A stretch of 33,101 nucleotides of DNA from an uncultured Candidatus Peribacteria bacterium (GCA_964404805.1 CAYOLJ010000003.1:1-33101); one strand, 5' to 3'. Counted from the first letter of the stretch, positions 8,439 through 18,026 are shown. Notes: generated by a model from the sequence alone, not told the origin. Numbers and translations are program-made.

Positions 8439-8795
8439 ATGTCGGAGAATTTCTTGGTTGGCCAAAAAGGTGAAGACATCGCCGCGCATTACCTGCTGTC
8501 AATGGGATATAACATCCTCGGACGCAATGTGCGTATGGGTCGGGATGAGATCGATATCGTTGCGCATGATCCGGCTGACGATGTGATCGTCTTTGCCGAG
8601 GTAAAGACGCGTTCCCAGGATTCCCAGGATTTTCCTCCTGAGCTCAACATCCACTGGTACAAAAAACAACGTCTTATCCGCTCCGCTCGTACGTGGGTAA
8701 ATGCGCATCACTATGATCGCGGATATCGCATGGATCTGGTGAGTGTCGCTAAAGGAAGAGTCATCGAGCACCTTAAAGAACTTGAATGGGAATGA
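8439..8795 (+). CDS. yraN: YraN family (UPF0102) PD-(D/E)XK nuclease
   Basis: GQKGEDIAAHYL...GYNILGRN...EIDIVA...VFAEVKTR...RMDLV. Start at ATG 8439. Confidence 0.92.
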   Translation: MSENFLVGQKGEDIAAHYLLSMGYNILGRNVRMGRDEIDIVAHDPADDVIVFAEVKTRSQDSQDFPPELNIHWYKKQRLIRSARTWVNAHHYDRGYRMDLVSVAKGRVIEHLKELEWE

Positions 8796-8829
8796 GGGTA
8801 GAATGGAGGATACTTTCCCCTGCCTTCGT

Positions 8830-9072
8830 ATGTTCAATGTCAAAGCACTCGCGCTCACCTGCGGCATCTTCTGGTCGGCCAGCCTGGTCCTCTTCGGGCT
8901 TCTAGCGATGCAAACAGGTATGGGATCCAGTATGGTCGGCCTCCTTTCGGAGGTGTACTTAGGCTACAGCTCTACGCCAGTGGGGCTTCTGTACGGAGCA
9001 GTCTGGGGTTTTCTGGATGGCCTCATCTGCGGTGCGGTCTTCGCGTGGCTCTACAATGCGATTGCTCGTTAG
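8830..9072 (+). CDS. Small membrane protein resembling a family often labelled 'bacteriophage holin'
   Basis: MFNVKALALTCGIFW...YLGYSSTPVG...GAVWGFLDGLICGAVFAWLYN with 2-3 TM segments. Family recognised from memory; holin function is not supported by context. Confidence 0.65.
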   Translation: MFNVKALALTCGIFWSASLVLFGLLAMQTGMGSSMVGLLSEVYLGYSSTPVGLLYGAVWGFLDGLICGAVFAWLYNAIAR

Positions 9073-9764
9073 GTACTCGCACTTTCTGAAGTTGAGGGAC
9101 TTTCTGATGCCTGCTGGGTGGCCATAGGTGGCCTGTGAGCAAAAACCCTTTGGACTTTCTGAATCCAGAAATCCTTGAGAGCCTCGGCACGATGCCGTTG
9201 TAATGGGCAGGCATTAAGGAGAATGTGTGATTCCCATAGGGCAAGCACCTCTCCTCGAAGCTTTCGAATATCTGGAGGAGAAAAGCGTTCCTGAACGACG
9301 GCCATAGCCTCTCCTCCATAGTAGAGGTGGCCATTAATCTGTTGCCACACACGTGCCTCGACTTGTAGTTGCCGATAGCGGATCTCCATGTCAGGCACGA
9401 AAAACTGATGGAGTGGCTCTAGCTCAGAGAGGTGTCGTTGCAGCTCCTCCCACAGTGGCCCATCGTCACCCTCTTGAAGAGCTTTTAATTCAGCACTCCT
9501 TTTCTCTGCCAAATGGAGATGAAAATACACAGTCTTCCAATGTAAAACCGTCTCGTATAGCTCTGTACATTGCGCAGTCCGGTCCCCTGACGTGAACCAC
9601 GACTGCTGCGTGAGCATATCGATGGCATGTTCTAGTTTTGGAAATAGTTCGGGGTGACCTTGTTGTACTTCTCTTTTTAATTGTTCTGCTTCCTCAAGAA
9701 GAGGTGACTGTTGTTCGACAGGGCGCTCAGTAGAGGTGTTGATTCCCACGAGTGTCTCTTGCAT
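9069..9764 (-). CDS. Hypothetical alpha-helical protein (ORFan-like)
   Basis: 231-aa open frame rich in E/Q/L; TATTCT 6 nt before ATG 9764; no recognisable motif. Confidence 0.7.
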   Translation of the reverse strand: MQETLVGINTSTERPVEQQSPLLEEAEQLKREVQQGHPELFPKLEHAIDMLTQQSWFTSGDRTAQCTELYETVLHWKTVYFHLHLAEKRSAELKALQEGDDGPLWEELQRHLSELEPLHQFFVPDMEIRYRQLQVEARVWQQINGHLYYGGEAMAVVQERFSPPDIRKLRGEVLALWESHILLNACPLQRHRAEALKDFWIQKVQRVFAHRPPMATQQASESPSTSESAST

Positions 9765-9874
9765 AGTGCAAGAATACTCGCCCACTGTCTATAGGCTAGT
9801 ATTCTCTGTCGTCGGAAGTGCCGTTATAGTGAATAACGGCTTTATGAAGCCAAAAACTAAGTCATCCTATCTAC

Positions 9875-9903
9875 TTGAAAAGCGATGTAATGGCGATTAC
9901 ACT
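9875..9903 (+). promoter_or_regulatory. sigma70 promoter for the riboswitch-metK transcript
   Basis: TTGAAA (9875-9880), 17-bp spacer, TACACT (9898-9903). Confidence 0.7.
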
Positions 9904-9917
9904 GTGTCCACATCACC

Positions 9918-10025
9918 GCTCTATCCAGAGAGATGCAGAGGGAACTGGCCCGCTAAATGCATCCCCCAACCACCCCCAAAAAGGGAACGGTGGGAACTCC
10001 AGCCCCTGTAAGGGGGAAGATAGCT
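9918..10025 (+). ncRNA. SAM-I (S-box) riboswitch aptamer
   Basis: P1 CTATC/GATAG, J1/2 CAGAG, P2 GATGCA-GAGGG-AACTGG-CCCG...TGCATC, P3 CCCAACC...GGTGGG, CTGG/CCAG pseudoknot, P4 CCCC/GGGG. Lies directly upstream of metK. Confidence 0.9.
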
Positions 10026-10075
10026 TCTCATAAAGCTCATGCTTCCTACTCACAGGGAGGCGGGATTCTCAAAAT

Positions 10076-10107
10076 CCCTACGCCCTCCGCCCTATCCCCT
10101 ACTCCCT
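10076..10107 (+). repeat. CCCTANN heptamer array in the metK leader
   Basis: CCCTACG CCCTCCG CCCTATC CCCTACT CCCT. Confidence 0.7.
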
Positions 10108-10113
10108 CATCCT

Positions 10114-11325
<1,212 letters not shown>

Positions 11326-11357
11326 AAAGATTCTTTCTCTCCTTCCCATCTCTCTGT

Positions 11358-11582
11358 ATGTCTCATATGCATCTTGCCGTCTCAGACTTAGGACCTGATG
11401 AAGTGGGGCGGGCATTCGTTCTCGTGCAGCAGAATGAAGCACCAGAAAAGATTATCCATGAGCTGAGGGGCCAGGGAGCAGAGCTGCTCGATCCCAATCA
11501 GTTCTCACGCGATGTGCAGCGCAGGTGTCAGGAATTACATCTATGGCAAACAGGGGACGACGAGAATAAACGTGAGGCATGA
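11358..11582 (+). CDS. Hypothetical protein (74 aa)
   Basis: Fills the gap after metK; pyrimidine-rich leader like other genes here; plausible composition. Confidence 0.55.
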   Translation: MSHMHLAVSDLGPDEVGRAFVLVQQNEAPEKIIHELRGQGAELLDPNQFSRDVQRRCQELHLWQTGDDENKREA

Positions 11583-11599
11583 TGCGCTATCATCGCGCT

Positions 11600-12154
11600 A
11601 TGATTTCCACTCCTCTCAAGATCATCTTCCTCCATGGCAACAATGGAGAGGGCGTGGGTCACTACTGGTTCCCGTACGCTGCGAGAGAGTTTCGATCTCT
11701 CGGTCTTGAAGTCGTTGCGAAGGATTTTCCTGATGCCCGCTTGGCGAGAAAAAGTATCTGGCTCCCTTTTCTGCAGAATGAATGCCATGCCGACAGCAAT
11801 TCCATTCTGATCGGACACAGCTCAGGCGCTATCGCAGCCATGCGCTTTGCGGAGCACAACGAGATATTCGGCTCCGTGCTCGTGGGTGCCTACTACACTG
11901 ATACGGGAGTGGAGAACGAGCGACTGAGCGGATACTTCGACGATCCATGGGACTGGGAAGCGATCAAGCGCAATCAGCATTGGATCATTCAGTTTGCCTC
12001 AGTGGACGACCTATTTTTCCCTATCGAGGAACCGAGGCTCGTGAGTAAAGAGCTCAACACGGAGTACCATGAGTTTACGGACAGAGGGCACTTCTTCGAA
12101 AAAGAGTTTCTGGAACTGATTGAGGCGGTGAGAAAAAAACTGTCAGCCGCATAG
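11600..12154 (+). CDS. RBBP9/YdeN family alpha/beta hydrolase
   Basis: IIFLHGN...HYWFPY, IGHSSGAIAAMR nucleophile elbow, SVDD acid, GHF base. Start at ATG 11600. Confidence 0.9.
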   Translation: MISTPLKIIFLHGNNGEGVGHYWFPYAAREFRSLGLEVVAKDFPDARLARKSIWLPFLQNECHADSNSILIGHSSGAIAAMRFAEHNEIFGSVLVGAYYTDTGVENERLSGYFDDPWDWEAIKRNQHWIIQFASVDDLFFPIEEPRLVSKELNTEYHEFTDRGHFFEKEFLELIEAVRKKLSAA

Positions 12155-12829
12155 CCGGTACGTTTTCAGTGTTCTTCTGCAGGTTTCATACTCGGGCAGT
12201 ACGGCAGAGAGCGAAGTCCAGAATGCGCGGGAGTGGTTTGGGTGGAGGATATGTGCGAGCTCATGGATGATCACGTATGTGCGCAGTTCCTCGGGAACGA
12301 AGAGCAGTGCCGTATTGAGTGTGATGCGGCCTTCTCTCATGCAACTGCCGAAGCGGCTTCGCATGTGACGAAGGCGCACGTGCGTGATATGTGCGCGAAA
12401 AGTCCGCGCATTGATCCGATGCACAATTTCTTCCATCCGCGGCTGCTCAGAAACACTCAATAGGCGCCACAGAAATTTTCGAAAATCCTGGTCGCTGCCT
12501 TTTTGTCCGTGCTGGACTATCCATCCGTGTTCCGTATTCTTCGCGGATGTCCGGTCCCCCATTGTGACATTCATGATCAGCGTGGTTCCGTCTGCGAGAG
12601 TGATGGGAAACGTGCCGTTTGCGCGAAGAAGGGAGTGAAAGGGATCAATGACCTGCGACGCATGATGATCGGCGAAACGCCGTGCCATGCGCTTGAGCAG
12701 GGACGCAAGGTGCCGTTTCTCTTCTACTGCACTCAAGCGACCGGCGAGGCGGATGAGCACGCCGTCACCCTGAAACGTAGCGCTGGAGGTTCGGTTTCGC
12801 GTTCGTTCGATGCGGTAGGGAAGGTTCAA
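12143..12829 (-). CDS. YgjP/DUF45-like zinc metallopeptidase (M48/SprT-like)
   Basis: MRSRFGSC...ITLN..L...YVIIHELAHILHPNHSRAFW. Probable TTG start at 12829; the longer ORF N-terminus is just a translated 9-mer repeat. Confidence 0.88.
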   Translation of the reverse strand: MNLPYRIERTRNRTSSATFQGDGVLIRLAGRLSAVEEKRHLASLLKRMARRFADHHASQVIDPFHSLLRANGTFPITLADGTTLIMNVTMGDRTSAKNTEHGWIVQHGQKGSDQDFRKFLWRLLSVSEQPRMEEIVHRINARTFRAHITHVRLRHMRSRFGSCMREGRITLNTALLFVPEELRTYVIIHELAHILHPNHSRAFWTSLSAVLPEYETCRRTLKTYRLCG

Positions 12830-12830
12830 G

Positions 12831-12876
12831 GTAAGGGAGGTGAGGAAAGTAAGGAAGGTAAGAAAGGTAAGGAAAG
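12831..12876 (+). repeat. 9-mer tandem repeat (GTAAGGAAR-like x5)
   Basis: GTAAGGGAG GTGAGGAAA GTAAGGAAG GTAAGAAAG GTAAGGAAA. Confidence 0.8.
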
Positions 12877-12924
12877 ACGGAGAGAAAAAACAAACACAAA
12901 CAAAAACAGTAATCATCCCAAATC

Positions 12925-14943
12925 CTAATTCCGAATTCCTAATCCCTCAATCGTCGTTCCCATGTAGTAGTACCGCAGAATCTGCTCGGCGGTCTTGCCC
13001 TCGCGGGCTTGTGCCTCTGCTCCGCAGCCCGACATCCCAACGCCATGCCCTGCCATAGGAAACCCCTTGCACCATGGATCGGGCTTGCTTGCGAAGACCT
13101 CCTCGAAAGGGAAATTCTTCCATCCGTTCTCGGCCGGCGAGCGCGTGCGGCCATCATCGGAACTGAAGTAGGCGGTCTTCACAATTTGTCCGTCCTTCGT
13201 GATCACTTGTCCTGCCGTTGCACGCACGGCACGCACCCATTGGGCATTCTCTCTCTCGAAGGCGATGCCACCATAGGCCTGAAAACGTGCGGGAGAATCG
13301 TCGCCGTCGTACGGCATGCCAGGGAACTTACGGTGTTCGCCATCCAAATAGAATACGGCGTAACTGCGTGCGGCAATGGCAAAGGCGCGCTGCTTCTCGT
13401 ATGGCTCTGTATCGGGCTCTTCAGAGAGCCCTGCGAGGTAGTCTTCGAGATCCACCTCATTGATGAGTACCGCTGTTCCTGCGATCACCGTACAGGTGAC
13501 GGTGCCACGGTACTGTGTTGAGAGAGAGGCGATGTCATAGGCATTACATGAAGTGGCGCCAGTTTCTCGCAGAGAGAGACGAATGCGGATGAGAGGAGAG
13601 GAAACAGAAGGAGTAAAGGAAACAGCAGAAGAAGATTGTGTGGCACGTTGTGCTCCCGGAGTGGGGATATTAATACGGTCAGTTTCCAGAGAGGTCATGG
13701 GAACGGGCTCACCCGTAGGTGACCGGGTGCGACGACCATCAGCAAGGAGCAGGAACGTCACGGGTCCGATATCCACCGAGTAAGTTCCGGGTACGGTTGG
13801 AGCCTGAAACCGCAGTCGGATCGTCTCTACCTCACCTTCATGGAGCAGGCGTGGAAGCAGAAGTTCTGAGCGTACGCGCAGGTTTTGCTCACCGAGTTGC
13901 TGCCAGATGCCGATGCGCGCGTTGCTGCGCACGACCGAGGCGATACGCGCGCGGTTCTGCACGGCGCTGTCTCCGGCACGGAAGATCATAGAAGCCTGCA
14001 CTTGCCCGCCTGGGCGCACTGTCAGCTCCGTTTCGGTTAATGCGCTGAGTGTCGGTTCGGCCGGTTGCAGGTTCAGTGATTGCAGACGCTCTTGGCGTCG
14101 CTCATTTGTGCGGTCCATGTAGCCACTGCTCAATGGAGGCGGAAATGTCACACGCCCCGATACATTCCTTGTGGCAACATGCAGGCGGATTTGGTCCAAC
14201 ACACCTGCAAGAAAGTATCCCGGGCAGGCCGTGTGCATGACGTCGCGGTGACCGACGATGACATCTTTCGATTCGCCGTGAAAGGTGATGGAGCGGCCCG
14301 GATTAAGGTTGTAGTGATCGGCCAGATGCCTGAGGAGCCACTGCAGGCTCAAAATCTGAATCTGGCTCGGCTCCTCCACTTCAAAATTCCCCAACAGTGC
14401 TACGCCAATTGTTCCCACATTTGCGCAGTAGGCGTGCCCGCCCACAACATTGTCGCCTCCGGCGCGTCCTTCATAGATCGTACCATCTTCGTCGATGAGG
14501 TAGTGATAGCCGATGTCGCCCCAGCCAAGTGTCGCAGCATGGTACTGATAGAGGGCGCGTATGCGTTCCAAGGGCGAGCGCGGATCATTGCTGATCGCCA
14601 GTGCAGTGTGGTGCACCACAAGTAAGCGCACGCTGGGTGAGTAGGACTGGGGCCATCGAAACCTCTCGCCACGCGCGTTCGCTCTGCTCGTGCTCTCAGT
14701 ACGAAACTCCTGCGGGTAGAGTCGCTGCGCCTCCTGACATTGTTTCACGCGCTCAGCGACGGCATTGCCCTCATCGGTGGGAACACGGGTTTCATCCGGC
14801 TTCTGCTCTTCTACAGTCGTGAGGAGGAGCGATTCATCGGCCCCCCACTCGGCACGTGTAAGGATACGTGGTTCGAATGCAGAAGCTGTCGTGCTCCAGA
14901 GTGCAGCACAGAAGAACGAAATGACGAAGAGAAAGCGACGCAT
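12925..14943 (-). CDS. Secreted N-acetylmuramoyl-L-alanine amidase (Amidase_2/PGRP-like) fused to a C-terminal SpoIID/LytB domain
   Basis: Signal peptide (ASA-F). TRAEWGADE, VVHHTA, GWGDIGYHYLI, GGHAY, VGHRD..TACPG. C-terminal INEVDLEDYLAGLSEEP, AIAARSYA, FQAYGG, YFSSDDGRT, GHGVGMSG.GA.AQA.EGK.AEQIL.YYY. Confidence 0.9.
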   Translation of the reverse strand: MRRFLFVISFFCAALWSTTASAFEPRILTRAEWGADESLLLTTVEEQKPDETRVPTDEGNAVAERVKQCQEAQRLYPQEFRTESTSRANARGERFRWPQSYSPSVRLLVVHHTALAISNDPRSPLERIRALYQYHAATLGWGDIGYHYLIDEDGTIYEGRAGGDNVVGGHAYCANVGTIGVALLGNFEVEEPSQIQILSLQWLLRHLADHYNLNPGRSITFHGESKDVIVGHRDVMHTACPGYFLAGVLDQIRLHVATRNVSGRVTFPPPLSSGYMDRTNERRQERLQSLNLQPAEPTLSALTETELTVRPGGQVQASMIFRAGDSAVQNRARIASVVRSNARIGIWQQLGEQNLRVRSELLLPRLLHEGEVETIRLRFQAPTVPGTYSVDIGPVTFLLLADGRRTRSPTGEPVPMTSLETDRINIPTPGAQRATQSSSAVSFTPSVSSPLIRIRLSLRETGATSCNAYDIASLSTQYRGTVTCTVIAGTAVLINEVDLEDYLAGLSEEPDTEPYEKQRAFAIAARSYAVFYLDGEHRKFPGMPYDGDDSPARFQAYGGIAFERENAQWVRAVRATAGQVITKDGQIVKTAYFSSDDGRTRSPAENGWKNFPFEEVFASKPDPWCKGFPMAGHGVGMSGCGAEAQAREGKTAEQILRYYYMGTTIEGLGIRN

Positions 14944-14986
14944 CGTGCGTGGAGTATAGCGATGCGCTTTCTAACTTTCGCTTGCC

Positions 14987-16108
14987 TTACGCGGCCGAAG
15001 TGAGGTGCTTTTCGTATGCACCGATCATCGCTTCTAATGAGAGGCGCTCGCGTGCCGCGCACTTGCCGCGATGCGCCAGAGATTGCCGCCGTGCGGGGTT
15101 CTGCATTTCCTTCAGGGCGTCTTGCAGTGCTGTGACGGAACCTGCGGGCACTACGAGTGCCTCCTCCCCTGCCTGTAAGTATCCCGCTGTGCCACAGACG
15201 TCTGTCAAAATCACCGGCGTACCCAGCCAGAGGGCCTCCATCGGGGCGAGGGGGCAGGGATCGTGCTCACGCGAGGGGAGCACGAAGGCATCGAGTGATT
15301 GGTAGAACGCACCGATACCCTCGGCGATGGGATCGAGAATGCGTACGCGTTCCCCTTTCTCATTGATCTGCGCTGCCAGCGCTCGGATGCGCGTCTCGTC
15401 ACTGCCGCGCTCTCCCGTGGGGAGAATATCGAGTGTGACGTTCGGAAGATTCTCAATTGCGTTGAGTAGCAGATCCACACCCTTGTCGTGCGAGAGACGT
15501 GCAACCGTGCCGACATGCAGTGACGTTGATGCTGGTCGCGCAGGGGCCGTACCGCCTTCGAGATGAGATGGATCGATGCCATTGCCGATGGCAACAACAC
15601 GCTCAGGGGCAAAGCCTAATTGTTCCACGTAGATCTTTCGGCTCAGTTCCGAGACCGTTACCACGGTCGCGCCATCGCTTGCGCGTCGCAGGGCAGGAAG
15701 CCAAGGATTACGCTTAAGCCATCGGCCCACACGATCGTGCTCTACCCATAGCACTTTGAGCCCGCGTTCTCTGGCGATGGGGGTAAGGAGGAGTTTTTCG
15801 GTGAGGCTGAGCATAACCAAGGCATCGAGTGGTCCGAATTCCGCCATCGCCGAGATGAGGCGCTGACGCATGGGTATGCGGCGCCAGAGAAAACTCACAG
15901 CACCCCACTTGGTAACGGGGGGCGGACCGATCTTCAGTTCGCCCGCAAGAATACCTTCATCCTGACAGAGCTTGAGTAGCGCGGGGCAGCTGCCGAGAAA
16001 GGCAACGCCGTGATTTCGTGCTGCAAGCCCCCGCAGAAGCGCCATGGTCTGCACCTCGGCACCACCATAGCGGCTCTCAAGCGGAAAACGAGTGAAGAGC
16101 ATTCGCAT
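14987..16108 (-). CDS. Glycosyltransferase family 4
   Basis: YGGAEVQ, IGNGID, VARLSHDKGVD, FVLPSREHDPCPLAPMEALWLGTPVI. Confidence 0.9.
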   Translation of the reverse strand: MRMLFTRFPLESRYGGAEVQTMALLRGLAARNHGVAFLGSCPALLKLCQDEGILAGELKIGPPPVTKWGAVSFLWRRIPMRQRLISAMAEFGPLDALVMLSLTEKLLLTPIARERGLKVLWVEHDRVGRWLKRNPWLPALRRASDGATVVTVSELSRKIYVEQLGFAPERVVAIGNGIDPSHLEGGTAPARPASTSLHVGTVARLSHDKGVDLLLNAIENLPNVTLDILPTGERGSDETRIRALAAQINEKGERVRILDPIAEGIGAFYQSLDAFVLPSREHDPCPLAPMEALWLGTPVILTDVCGTAGYLQAGEEALVVPAGSVTALQDALKEMQNPARRQSLAHRGKCAARERLSLEAMIGAYEKHLTSAA

Positions 16109-16170
16109 AGTTCAAAAGAATCGAGCTGGTATCTCCACGCTACCAGTTACTGGCTACCGACGACCAGTGA

Positions 16171-16557
16171 TTACGCAACGAGCTTATGAAGCGTGGCACA
16201 CGTCTCGCCTACCGACTGTTTCGTTGTGTCGATCACGCGATCGTAGACCGTCTTGGCCCTCGTCTTACCCAAATAGACCGATGTGAGATCTTTGGGGAAC
16301 GACTCCTCCACGGTGTCGAGCATTTCGGCGGCGGGGCAGGTGATCACTACGTTGTATCCTTCCTTCAATGCCTCTTTGGCACATTCACAGGCAACCAAAA
16401 GCGCGAAAAACGCTCCCATGCCGATCACATCATCAGGATCCTGCGTTGCATCCAAATCTTCGAGTGCCAAATGTCGCCAATCGGGGTGATCTGACAGGAA
16501 TTTATCCACGATCACGCCGCGTGTAACCTCAGTGCCACCAGAGAGAAGCAAGACCAT
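16171..16557 (-). CDS. Small P-loop kinase-like protein with a degenerate Walker A
   Basis: MVLLLSGGTEVTRGVI..., ALKEGYNVVIT and C-terminal YDRVIDTTKQSVGE follow the NMP/APS-kinase layout, but GKS/T is missing. Confidence 0.55.
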   Translation of the reverse strand: MVLLLSGGTEVTRGVIVDKFLSDHPDWRHLALEDLDATQDPDDVIGMGAFFALLVACECAKEALKEGYNVVITCPAAEMLDTVEESFPKDLTSVYLGKTRAKTVYDRVIDTTKQSVGETCATLHKLVA

Positions 16558-16664
16558 AGGTTCTATTTGGATATCACACCATAGTACCATAAATTGCGTT
16601 TTTTTGAAATGATCAAGGGATCCCTTGGGTAAGCCAAGAACAAGGAGTGGCTCTCAAAAAACCT

Positions 16665-17054
16665 TTATGCTGCCAACATCATGCTGAGCCGGCTCTCAAA
16701 ATCCTCCTGATAGGTCGAAAGTGCCTCATCTGCTCCTGCATGCAGGGCGATAGGTTTGGCTTCGTCTTCGAAGGAGTTTTCTCTGCGTGCCGTCGCCAGT
16801 GCGATGCATGCAGTCGTATTCGTACTGCGTAGTTTTGCGATCACGTCTCCGCCGTCACGCCCATTGTCGAGGTCGAAGTCGATCACACCGGCATCGATTT
16901 GGTCTCGGCCCTGTTCTGCGATGATACTGATCGCTTCACGGGCCGACGTGGCGGTGATCACCTCGCTCTCGGGCTGTGCACTCTTAGTGAGACCCGTGAG
17001 GTAGCGGAGCTTCTCGGGCAGATCATCAACAACGAGAATGCGTTGCTTTGGCAT
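16665..17054 (-). CDS. Single-domain response regulator (receiver), atypical
   Basis: RILVVDD, VIDFDL..G.DG.DVI..LR, IALATA, AGADEAL. Start 17054 (alternative 17087). Confidence 0.85.
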   Translation of the reverse strand: MPKQRILVVDDLPEKLRYLTGLTKSAQPESEVITATSAREAISIIAEQGRDQIDAGVIDFDLDNGRDGGDVIAKLRSTNTTACIALATARRENSFEDEAKPIALHAGADEALSTYQEDFESRLSMMLAA

Positions 17055-17253
17055 AGGGGGGATGGGGGAAGGAGCAGGTGGCTCCATTGTCCGTGGTGTG
17101 CGCTCTCACGGCACCTTCTGCATGTGCGGAAGAAATGCACTGACGCGTTTTTGCCTTGGGGATGAGCAAAACCGATACACGTGGAACTCGCTCCAATTCT
17201 GTGAGAATATGAGGGGTGGTCTCATCGTTTTTGATTCGTACTCCCATGCGGAT

Positions 17254-17496
17254 ATGAGTGACATGCAGCTCTACATCCTGATGGCTATCGTCATCCTCGC
17301 GCTTATTGTGGTCTTCAAGGTTTTTGTACTCAAGAAACGACTTCCTGCCAAGATGTCTCGTCTGGCGGGGATCGCATTCGTGCTGATCATTGCCGGTATG
17401 GCCTTCGGTGATCAGCGTCTGCTTGGCTACAGCTTAATGGGAGCTGGCGTGCTGCTCGCGCTCGTTGATATCGTGCGTCAGTGGCGCAAGAAGTAG
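17254..17496 (+). CDS. Small 3-TM membrane protein
   Basis: Three hydrophobic segments: ...MSRLAGIAFVLIIAGMAFGDQRLLGYSLMGAGVLLALVDI. Confidence 0.75.
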   Translation: MSDMQLYILMAIVILALIVVFKVFVLKKRLPAKMSRLAGIAFVLIIAGMAFGDQRLLGYSLMGAGVLLALVDIVRQWRKK

Positions 17497-17499
17497 AAA

Positions 17500-17829
17500 T
17501 CAGGATTTTTCTTCCGATTCACAGTTCAACACGTCGTAAAGTTGCGATCGAGTTTTGTGATCACGTTCGAGCACCCGCACTGCGGCACGTAAAAGGCCTT
17601 TATACTCTTCTGCAAATCTTTTTCGCAGCTCCGCAATCTCTTCTGCTGCGCTTGGCTGAGCCACAATGGTTTCGGCCACCTGTAGTGATTCTTCTGCAGG
17701 ATCTACCGGTGCCTGTGTCTGCGCCTCCTTCTCTGCTCTCAGGCGCTTCTGCGTCGCGCGTACTTCTCGAAGAGCAGCACCCATCAATATGCGCCTCGCG
17801 ACTTTCGATGGCTGTGGGGATTCGGACAT
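17500..17829 (-). CDS. Hypothetical coiled-coil protein
   Basis: 109-aa E/A/R-rich frame; TATAAT 8 nt before the ATG. Confidence 0.65.
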   Translation of the reverse strand: MSESPQPSKVARRILMGAALREVRATQKRLRAEKEAQTQAPVDPAEESLQVAETIVAQPSAAEEIAELRKRFAEEYKGLLRAAVRVLERDHKTRSQLYDVLNCESEEKS

Positions 17830-17882
17830 ATATTGAAATTATAAACTAATTTGAATACTTTTCAAGTATCTGCCTTTTTCTC

Positions 17883-18026
17883 TTATCCAATCTTTTCCTG
17901 CCCTCCCATATACGGCCTGAGTGCCTCGGGGATCGTCACCCGTTCGGCTTCGCTCAGGGTGACTTCTGTTTATCCAATTTTTTTCTGGCCTCCCATATAC
18001 GGCCTGAGTGCCTCGGGGATCGTCAC
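17883..18026 (-). repeat. 57-bp direct duplication of the serS 3' end with a REP-like hairpin spacer
   Basis: 17883-17939 vs 17970-18026 are 54/57 identical. The 30-bp spacer forms a GTCACCC...GGGTGAC hairpin (17935-17963). Confidence 0.95.

Noticed and set aside
12830-12916. N-terminal extensions given by the ORF track (peptidase FLTFLT..., also serS, metK, galU, hsp20, dedA, uppP, HTH)
   Set aside because: The extensions are translated repeats, promoters or neighbouring genes; homology and -10 boxes point to the downstream starts used here.
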